Shown here piece by piece: positions 39,186-49,559 of a stretch of 64,000 nt of DNA. The stretch covers positions 15,748,001 through 15,812,000 of the forward strand of contig JAQFVV010000010.1 in assembly GCA_028023455.1 (NCBI GenBank), given 5' to 3'. Made by a program: the position numbers and the translations under genes. The notes under the pieces were generated by a model. That model was not told the DNA's origin, searched no databases, and saw only the letters and a list, made by a program, of their open reading frames with translations. The DNA comes from Epiperipatus broadwayi. Taxonomy: Eukaryota > Animalia > Onychophora. Every line of letters starts with the position of its first letter. Within the stretch, counting starts at the first letter, position 1.

Positions 39186-42100
39186 TTATATCATACTCTA
39201 TGGAAATTGGCAATTTGTTAGTATTAAATTTCTCTGTTTGTAAAAGAACATACCTACAATTATCGAATAATTAAAAATGCTAAAATATATAGTTATTAAA
39301 TTGTATTCAGGGGTTTAAATTTTGATTTCAATCCATTATCAAATAAAATAGAATTACTAATTGTTGCTGGGTAAATAATGTCTGCCATTCCTTCAAATAC
39401 TAAGTTCCATTCAAGAATGCATAATCCAGAACTTTTTGAAATTTATAAATATGAAGCTTATTTGCATGTGGGTTTCTTTTTCTGATTTGTTCTTTTTTAA
39501 TTTGTGCCATCTTCTTTTTTGACACTGTTAGCTTTTCTTTCTTTTGTAGTTAGAATGGCTCTATTTATTTATGAATTTTTTGTTCTACTTGATGAGTAAG
39601 TATCCCAAACAAAAAATTAAGGTTTTAAAAAATAATTACAATATATATGTATGAAATGTTATACTCTAAATATAATGGGAATTCTCCTTTTACTTGTAAT
39701 GACATTGTTCACTCATTATCAGCTGAAAATCGTTTGTTATTAAACTTTCTCTAAAAAGTTTTTCAAAATTTTATGCATTTTTTTAAAAAAAAAAAATTGT
39801 TGCTACCTCTACACAGGAAGTTTCTGACAATTAAGTGCCCACTACTCAGCCGTACGTGATCGCACTCCCTGAGCGCACCATTGAATACTTTTGCTTCTTG
39901 CTTTTGTACTCTGGACCAGTAGCTAACATAGGGGAATTCCCGAATATCAAACCACGGTGATGATCAGGTCAAACGTGACTCACGCCGGTGGACCCTGGTT
40001 ACCTGGGCGAACCCCCATTCTGACAGAAATAACAAACTCTAGCTTACAAATAGCGTATGCATAAACAGATACACCATACAACCAGCCAACTGACTGTAGT
40101 TAAAATGATTTATTTATCTAACGTCATTACAATAATTTCAATTGGTAAAATATAAAATTTACTTTAAATGATATTATTTATTAAATTTGAATAATAAAAT
40201 GACAATTTTCATTTGTTTTATATAGCATTCAAACATTTTTTATATTTGCGCCCTCTATTAAGAAATAAATAAAGTTATTACCGTTATTTGTAATATTTAT
40301 CAGGAATTTATCGATTACTTTATATCGCATTAATAATAAATGATTTGTAATGCTATTAATCTATAAATAGGTCTATATATATGCGATAATTAAACCTGCA
40401 TATAATTTTAAAAAACATATTCTCAGTCTGAATAGCCAACAACTTTTGAATACAAAGAGATACGCCATTACAACTTCTCAACTTACTGGCGTTAAAATAA
40501 TTTTTCTCCAATGTTTTCATTACTATAATTTTAATTTTGTGAAATGTAAAAATTAATTTAAATGCTAAAATAATTTTAGAATAAGACTAAATTGCTATTA
40601 AAGATTTGAAGTTAGGGCAAATCTCAAAAAAATCTATCGGACAACATCCTATAGAAAAAAATAACTAATACTTTATGCTGTGGCAAATGTCAAACGGAAT
40701 GGACTCCGCTTGCGAAGTGAAATCACGCACATATGCAGAAGCTACGAGGCTCTCAACTTTTTCGTTGCAGCACGATAATAGAATGCAAAATATTTAAATA
40801 AATTTTTCTATGGATAAAAATACAAATCAAAGTGCAAGATTCCACAGATCAACAGTGAATGATATGATTAATTTAGGCATACTTACGGACACCCCTCAGG
40901 AACGTATCAACCTAATTGAGGAGGCCTGGTCGGAAGAAAGCTTGAGAAGAATCTGGGAGGCCTTCAATCAAACAATATCCAATACCGAAAGGCCAATATT
41001 TTTCATTTAAATGTTTTTTCACCAATCGCCCGAATGTTCTAGATATCACGGATAATAATTGCTCTCTTTACAGATTTCCAAAAAATTTACTATATGAAGC
41101 AATTACTGCAAACGTGGGATTCTATACAACGGATTAGGGAACATCCTAACCCCAGATATATTGCCACTGAATTTTTTGACAAAAGGCAGAGAAATGGAAA
41201 AACTATTCTCACGCTAGAAAAATACGCGCTAGTCAAGATAGATCAGAATAGAGAAAACTATGTTACATGGATTATTAAAAACACGTACTTCAATTATTGC
41301 ATTAATGATTTTACGAAGCTTAGGGTACCTTTTGGATCTGTGATGTCCTTCCAACTTACGTATCTAACAGATACGCCTAAGCCGATAGTAAGTAACAATT
41401 ATTATTTTAAACTGCGCCTAAACGTAAACGTATATCCGAATGACATCACCTACATTAATTACGGATCAGAAAACCACAGCTCCTCTTAATAATACATGGA
41501 GTCAAACCTCATTGCTTTAACTGTAAAGAAAGAGGTAACATCATAAATAGAGATTTCGAAAACTATATGTCCCCACTGTGAAATGAGAACAACAACAACA
41601 CATCAATGCAAGGAGGAAAAACGATAAAAATAATATGCCACACTAATGAATGCAAGCATCGATGATTTGGTTAGTTTTACCCCGAGTACAGTATACCATC
41701 AGAAGATAATACTCAATTACAAAATAAATTTTCAGATCAACACAACTCCATTCCACTAAAAGTCACAAGTGAAATTAGCAAAACCATTCCAGACACAGTA
41801 ATTCTAAACAAAACTTCACAAGACATTATAGAATCAACAGTATCTGGCTTAACACACTCAGAAATGGACTTATATGTACTAAAGGCCAAAGGTAAACCAG
41901 GTCATCCATCAAGCAAAAAAAAGAAAGAAAGGAAAAGTTAATTACAAACCCCAGAACTGAGAAGAGGATGTCTCTGAACAATGTTAAAAAAATCAACCAA
42001 AAACATTAGATTCCAGTGTATGCAATATTACAAGAGAGCAATTTGCTATAATGGAAGTGAGTCGTGCTCAAACACAATAGCTTACGACAAGTCTAGATTT

Positions 42101-42549
42101 GTCAGATGAAAATCCAATATTTTTAGATAGAAATATACAGTTAACATAAACATATCTCTTATTTCTACACAAATACACTAAACAAAGCAATGATGATAAA
42201 TATAGAGTCAGTTAATGTCAGAGGATTAAACTCTGTAGAAAAAAACTATAAACTCAAAAAAATGGATTAACATTATCCAACCATACATAACTGGATTGCT
42301 GGAGACAAAATATGTAGCAAATCACAAATGGATCCATCTAAGTTCTATGACAAGGCTATTCATTGTTTTCTAGAGCCACATTCTCACCATCAGCTGGAAC
42401 AGGAATTATGATAACCAAAACATGCCCTTTCGGCTCATTTAAAATAATACATATTGGTGCACACCTGCTAATTATTAATTTATATCATAAAAGAATACTG
42501 CTAAACATGACATATCTATACTCCTTCATGTAAAACAATTATAAATAAT

Positions 42550-43843
42550 AAACAAGGCAAAACTCTCCATACAGTAGTGCCAACCAGAGTAATCAATGAA
42601 TGCCAGAAGGCTTGTACATAAAATCCCTATCTAATGTCTACTCATCCGATATCCCCAGACTAGTTTCTGGCTTAGGCTTTTGTCAGTGAGGAGCTTTGGA
42701 TCTGAGAGCACTGCACCTAGATCTTAGGATCTAATGCAACCCTCCAGCAACCTCATTTCATCTCTACTTATTTGTAAGAATATGACAATGAAATTGAAAA
42801 CACAAAAATATTTTCAATCTAAGCTCAATAGATTATATAGTTATATAGGTCTGAATTCAGTTCAGCACCCATACATATTGGTGTCTTTGGCTCTTTAACA
42901 ACCATAGCCACCACTATCCTATTAGGCAGGATTGGTGTTAAACCAATAAGCATTACATAATCATCTCTTATACTAGCACATAATTGTTTATAAAGAAGGC
43001 AAAACTTTCCATACAGTAGTGCCATCCTGTGCCAACCAGAGTAATCAATGAATGCCAGAAGGCTTGTGCATAAAATCCCTATAATGCCTACTCATCCAAT
43101 ATCCTCAGACTAGTTTCTGACTTAGGCCTTCGTCAATGAGGAGCTTTGGACCTGAGAGCACTGCACCTAGATTTTAGGATCTAATGCAACCCTCCAGCAA
43201 ACACTTTTATTTCTATTTAACTAGAAAACTATGAGAATGAAATTGAAAACAAAAATATTTTCAATCTAAGCTCAATAGCTTGTATAGTCATATTGGCCAG
43301 AACTCAGTTCAGCACCAATACATTTTGGTGTCTTTGGCTCTTTAACAACTACAGCCACCACTATCCTATTAGGCAGGATTGGTGTTAAACCATTAAGCAT
43401 CACATGATCACCATCTCTTATACTAGCACATGATTGTTTATAAACATGGCAAATATCCATACAGTAGTGCCACTGTCCCAACCAGAGTAATCAATGGATG
43501 CCAGAAGGCTTGTGCATAAAATCCCTATCTAATGCATACTCATCCAATATCCCCAGACTAGTTTCTGGCTTAGGCCTTCGTCAGTGAGGAGCTTTGTATC
43601 ACAGAGCACTGCACCTAGATCTTAGGATCTAATGCAACCCTCCAGCAAGGTCATCACTGATGAAGGCCTAAGTCAGAAACTAGTCTGGGGATATTGGATG
43701 AGTAGGCATTAGATAGGGATTTTATGCACAAGCCTTCTGGCATGCATTGATTACTCTGGTTGGCACAGGGTGGCACTACTATATGGAGAATTTTGCCTTG
43801 TTTATAAACAATATGTGCTAGTATAAGAGATGGTGATCGTGTG
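42550..43843. mobile_element. Family A tandem hammerhead array (retrozyme-like): about 2.5 minus monomers of 442-448 bp plus an inverted arm
   Basis: TSD AATTATAAATAAT (42537-42549) / AATTATGAATAAT (43844-43856). ATACAGTAGT recurs at 42569, 43011 and 43459. Plus arm ~43651-43843. Confidence 0.92.
43542..43600 (-). ncRNA. Minimal type I hammerhead ribozyme with intact core (family A, copy 3)
   Basis: Minus strand CTCCTCA-CTGACGA-A-GGC-CTAA-GCC-A-GAAA-CTAG-TC^TGGGGA. Predicted cleavage between 43556 and 43555. Sibling copies at ~42642-42712 (G8A), ~43092-43150 (C3U) and 43651-43700 (plus, stem I truncated). Confidence 0.85.
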
Positions 43844-45875
43844 AATTATGAATAATCTTATACATATAAACACAAAATTTGCATCCTCAATACAACCCAT
43901 AATATTAATGGAAGATTTTAACATGTACAATAAATTTGTTAAGAAATGGTTACACAGGCTGGCTTTTCCTCTCATGTCTGGAGCACTTTTCTCCACAAAC
44001 TTTCATTCAACAATGGCAGACACTCATCTTTAATTGATCTTGTGTTTTATTCACTAGTGCTGCATCATATGGATTTGAACCCTATTCAGACATGGATGAC
44101 CTTCATAAATATAATCTCATACACAATTGATACAATAATAAGAAAGCAGCCTCCCCCCTTTCAAGGATTTTAGCACTCTCAGATGATCTGTATAAAAGAA
44201 TAACACTTAGTGCTGCCACAGCAGAGGGCTGTACAAAGGAAATAGCCCTCAGAAAAGTTTGTTGTTTTGGCATATGACTCACTCAAATAATATTTGGCGA
44301 TAAAGAGGAAAATATTCCTGAATTAAACAGTACATTCACTGGGCTCTAGGTCAGGCTCCAACAAACCGGGTTTTATTGGCTATTAAAGTAGAAGAGCAAA
44401 CCATTGCAGGTGATAATATACTAGAACCGGTCTACTCTTTCTACAAACACAACTTGCAAAGAGGGAATTATTCACACTCTCCAGAAAACTTTCTGGGCCC
44501 ACAGAAAACAATATAGCTTTTGTTTTGAAAAAAGGTTGTTTTCAATATCAAACTCATGTCATCCAAAGATATATGGAATACCTTGCTTTGCATTCAAACA
44601 CCTAAGTCATTTCACAATAAAATATCTAGCAGATTTAGCCAACTTTTTAACCCAGATAATTTGTCACATTCATGGGCTCTATCCCATCTCATTGGTTTCA
44701 TTCATTAAGAAGAAAAATATAACCACATTTAAAAATCTCAGACCACATCAATGACCTCACTTCGTATCAAGATTCTGGAGTCAATAGTTAAAGATAGAAT
44801 TGAACCCTAGATTGTCAAAAAATCAGTTTGCAAGGAAGGGATCTTCAACTATGCAGGCATCCTTTCTATACAAGACAGTGATTGACAGACAGAAATGATA
44901 AAAAGTATGGACCAGTTGTAGTTCAACTGGACATCAAATCAGCATTTTGATATGGCACCAATTAATATCATAATTAATGTGCTAGCAGACATCAATTCCC
45001 AGAGCACCAATCCACTTAATTACAAATCTTTTTAAGTAGAAAAATTCATATAACTCTTAATGTGAAGTACATATTATCCTTCATTCCATTCCACAAGATT
45101 CACCACTAAGTGCCCTTCTATTCACTTTTTACATCAATTCTCCTTGTGCAATTGAAAGCAAGATGATTGGAATATTGCATACATGGATGATATTAGTGTC
45201 TTTCTGCCCACAAAAAACCAGATACCAAAGCTAATTAAAATTCTTAATAACTATTCAGCAAAATATAAACTGGAGTTCAATCTACATAGATCCAATGCTT
45301 GGTCCATATGAACTGAATGCCAACAAGACCAATACTTCAAAGGAAAGCCAGCCAAACCATTTAAGCAACTCTGAAATGTGATCACAGATACAGAGGAAAT
45401 TGATGAATAAATCAGGATATAACTAATTCTCAATCCAAATCATACATGTCACTGTAGGCCAAAGTCACCGTCTTCAATCTTAGTAATAACAAGAGTTAAG
45501 CATTCCATAATATACACAAAAGCTTTTACAGCAAAAATTTATTCAATGTGTTGGAAATTGTGGAAAAAGTTAATAGTGTCAATATTACTAAGAAAAATTC
45601 TGCACCCTTTATCTTGAAATGGATTGGGCCTACATTCTATCAACATTTTTCGAATTCAAAAAAATATTCTAATATTATCATTTGCCAAAAGTTTCCTATA
45701 TCTGGGTCATTCAAAACCACACCCACAGACAAATTACCACCTACAAGTAACTGCTGGAATAAGTTAATTTCTCCATTATTAAGCATCCCTAGTCTAACTT
45801 GCCCCCCCCTCATGGATAAAATGAAATACTGGGATATTCAGTCTGCAACCCCCTTTCCAGTGATAATAAGAAAAC

Positions 45876-46133
45876 CTATCTTAACATCCCATTTAATTCT
45901 GGTTTTATTTCATTAATGTATACACTTTCTTTTATCATCCTTTCATTATATGACTTAATACATTCCAAAGGCTTTATATCAAAATCTCCATGCTTAAATT
46001 TATTCATGTGAATGTAAACAGCAGAATTTTTATCACCTAAATGCTGTTTTAATCTAGTTTTTAATTTATTCTTACTAGTCCCAACATATGTCATTTCTAC
46101 ATTCTTTCTAAAACAATTCAAACATTTTATCAA
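45876..46133 (-). mobile_element. Penelope-like GIY-YIG endonuclease 3' fragment
   Basis: CLNC...TYVGTSKNKLKTRLKQH...KESVYI...KPELN. The adjacent 45400-45870 may be its pLTR. Confidence 0.75.
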
Positions 46134-46799
46134 ATAAACTGAAACAAGTTTTAAAAAGGAGTTAGTTTGTTTTATTTCTATTTTGGATATTATGAACTAT
46201 TTTGAAAAGAAGAACTCTGTGCTTGATATATTAAATCACCTTCAATATATTTGGAGATTCAAAAATCTTAGTTTTAGCAACTTTGAATATTAAATAAAAA
46301 TAATTCAAATAATAGACCAAATTCGGCTTACTCTATGTCAAAAACTAAACTTATATAACAACAGAACTAAAAGATTGATTTGTATTATTCTACATTTCCA
46401 TAGTTGTGAATGTTGCAAAACTCAGTGAGAGGTAGATATATCCATTCCAATTATATTTATTTAAAGTTATGATTATTTATTACGATAAATGTGTTCATAA
46501 TAAATCTGTAATATCTGCTATTAGATGGTAATTAAAAGTACAATCAAGTAATTAAGTGTATTGTTGCAGGATCTATATTTTGGCAACAAACATTTTTTCA
46601 TCAATTGCACTCAAGCCCAAACAAATTTATCAATAGATAGGAAATAATTACAAAAAGAAGGAAGAAATTATGGATGTATGCAAGAATTCTACAAAAGGAT
46701 GTATGCAAGAATTCTACAAAAAAACATTACCTCTATAATTACAAAATATTTTTAAATGTCAAGTAATTAAATAAAAGATAAGATATGCAATTATGTCTA

Positions 46800-47580
46800 T
46801 GAATGAAGAAAAAAACTTCAGGAAGTTATGGAATTATTGACATCTTAAAAGAAGCAAGTAAAACAATAAAGAAATTAACAAAGCTATATATAAAATGCCT
46901 AAATAAGGTACTAGATGATAAATCAAATGTAGAAGCAAAGACAATATTAAAAATTACTGTTCAAACAGGACTCAGTCAATTTTATACAAGATCTTTACAA
47001 TTCATTAACAAAAATTTTTGAACACGTATAAATCAAAATAACAAACAACAATCTTGATTTAAAATTATCTTAGTGCAGTGGATCATATCAAAATAGTGAC
47101 AGAAATTGTGGAAAGAAACTATGAGTATGAATTACTATTATGCTTTGGATTTATAGATTATTTGATTCTATAAACATTTACCAAGTGATTAAAGCTTTAA
47201 ACTATCAAGATATAGATCTGGGATATTGTCGTTCTGAAGAATATTAATCAAAATGCAACAACAATTATTAGATTATATGGTTACAATAAGTTTGACAATC
47301 GTAATGTTTGATAATCGAATGATTTCATGTCTTCAAAAGTTTTTACAGCAGTTTTATATAAGAATTATTTTGTGAATTAAAATGGAAAAAAATAAAGTGA
47401 TTATTTATATCATCTAGAATTTGCATATGATGTATTTATTTTTTGAGAACAATACTTCAGAGCTTCAGAAACTCTTTCAAGAATTATTTGAATAAAGTAA
47501 AAAAGTAAGACTAAAGATAAATATTAAAAAAGACTAAAATAATGTTTATTAGATTTCCTCAGAAGAAAAAAATAAAGATT
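46800..47580 (+). mobile_element. RTE LINE, highly decayed internal fragment
   Basis: GIIDILKEAS..KLY.KCLN, with further patches matching the RT region of 52957-56236. Confidence 0.7.
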
Positions 47581-49182
47581 GATAGTAACATTGCACCTAT
47601 CTTGATTAAATTATTAATATAGATAAAAATATAATGTATGAAATTAAAGTTGACGTTCTTTTGATAGAAATAATTTAATATTTGTTGTGTTTGGTCTGGG
47701 TTGCAGACTCCAGCCAACAGTAATAAAAAATACAAATATTTAAAAATTAATATGTATAATTTATTAAAACAAATATATGTACAGGTTATACCATTAATAA
47801 ATACAATTTCGTGTAACTTAGTCAATAATAAGCTGGTCATGCTCAAATGACTGAACTCACTTCCAGCTGTATATATTAGCTTGCCTCTTGAGTTCTAGTC
47901 AAGACTCTTCCAGCTGTATTGGATAGCTGGCCTCAAGTTGACCATAGTCATAGCTGCTTCCAGTCCTATTATGGGCTTGCCTCACTGCATTGACATATCA
48001 GTAATGATTATAGTAGAAACACCACAGTTGAAAGTGATTTCAATTTAGAGCACATTCAGTCATCTGGTTAGACAGATGTTCTCTCTTTCTTCTCCCCAAA
48101 AAGACTGATTATTTATTGCCAGATCCCCTACCTTACTGGCAACAATCGGATTCAAAGAGCATCATTGCCTATTGACCTGTATTAACCAATGGTAAGATTT
48201 TATGCACGTTTAGACATTGGCCATACTTATGTTTTACCCTTTAGCTATGTTTATACATTGGTTATCCACATGTTTACACATTGGTTAGCAGTAATGAGTG
48301 CTCAATCTGATTAGATAAGGAAGGATCTGGACGAGTCCACTTCTGAAGGCAAGGTCAGATATGACAATATTAAAATAAAATATATTGATGTGTTTGAAAA
48401 GGAAAGTTTTTAATAGAAAAATTTTATCAATTCTTATATATGAATCTGAAACTTGGATATTTAATTGATATTGTTATACTGGGAGTGGGGGGTATTAATA
48501 ATACCAGCTGAGCAAGTATCAATTTAAATAATAATACTAGACAAACGTTAAAACTCAGCAAGTTTATTTATCTATGCTGACGAATGAGAAATAGTACTAA
48601 TGAAAATAATAAGAATGAAAATATAAAAAGTATTGCTTTACTTTGAGATAGGGATTAATGATAATTTTCTATGTGGGAATAATTTATCATTATACATAGC
48701 AAACAATAAATAGTCTGTTGCTTTGAGTACCATTGATTCATATTTATTATAGTCCATTTAACTTGCATTTCCATTAACTGGTATTTATTCTACATAAAGA
48801 TAACTAGCAGCTGACGTATCACTTTAAAGATAACTTACTTAAATTGACAGACTACACTTCTGTCCATTTAGAATCACACATCTGGCTCTTAGTCCTGCTC
48901 TTTTTTCTTACAAGAAACTTTTACTTCTCAACTTATTCCTCTCTACAACTGCTAATGTCAATTTTATATATATGCTAATTAGCATAGTTATTCTTTAACA
49001 TTTAATATGCAAATTTTCTAGAATGCATGAGTGGGGGGATATTAATAACATAAGATACTGTCTGCTAGAATCGGATTATTAGTGGGGAGGAGGGTATTAA
49101 TAACATAAGATAATGTCTGCATGCAATCACAAATTTCCAAAATAAACTGTACTTACAATATACATATATATGCATACAAACA

Positions 49183-49240
49183 GTCCAATAGAATTTGCAT
49201 ACAAACAGTCCAATAGAATTTGCATACAGACAGTCCAATA
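49183..49240. repeat. 25-bp minisatellite, about 2.5 copies
   Basis: GCATACAAACAGTCCAATAGAATTT repeated. Confidence 0.85.
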
Positions 49241-49559
49241 GAAAAACAATGCACATATACTGTATATTGGAAATAAAATAAAAAGGGAGAGCAAAAGTGA
49301 AATACACAGTATCATTGACATCATTAAAAAAATTAAGTGACTAAAATGGAAGAAGAGATAATAACAGATGGATTGTTGAATAAAGTAAATCCCAAGAGAT
49401 TGTAAAAGACATAGAAAATGTCCTAATTAAAATAGATGAATGAAATAAAGAAGTTTCCTGGTTTTATACAAAATCTGGCCATTAATCAGTATAATTCTCA
49501 ATATATGCTTTACAATTCATTGCGATATAAGAAAATAAACTGCAGAATGAAAAACACTA

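Larger units (their letters stand above)
39830..45400 (+). mobile_element. L1/Tx1-like LINE (5' leader, gag-like ORF1 with zinc knuckles, APE-RT ORF2), decayed and interrupted
   Basis: ORF1 remnants 40810-41950 with CFNCKERG and CPHC..HQC. ORF2 starts MINIESVNVRGLN at 42191, then IYTP, ILMEDFN, NLRP, LDIKSAF, PQDSPLS and AYMDD (~45180). The 5' boundary and clade are inferred. Confidence 0.8.

Noticed and set aside
39830-40030. GC-rich LINE leader as a possible HDV-like ribozyme
   Set aside because: It has a hairpin followed by GGCGAA and a possible P1/P3, but I could not build a consistent P2 or a P1.1-competent L3 on either strand. An HDV descriptor search would settle it.
42825-43481. 66-69 aa ORFs on the hammerhead-sense strand of family A monomers
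   Set aside because: Start codons differ between copies, there is no recognisable domain, and their similarity follows from the DNA repeat itself.
42550-43843. CRISPR-like or prokaryotic repeat array
   Set aside because: Units are ~450-bp whole-monomer repeats without unique spacers, there are no cas genes, and the context is eukaryotic.
45440-45480. Possible hammerhead in the pLTR next to the 45.9 kb GIY-YIG fragment
   Set aside because: Only TTGAAGA and an ACATGT palindrome remain; there is no GAAA and no stem II pairing.
48470-49110. G-rich blocks plus TATTAATAACA as a gypsy PPT/LTR boundary
   Set aside because: The orientation does not fit the minus-strand gypsy, and no matching second LTR was found.
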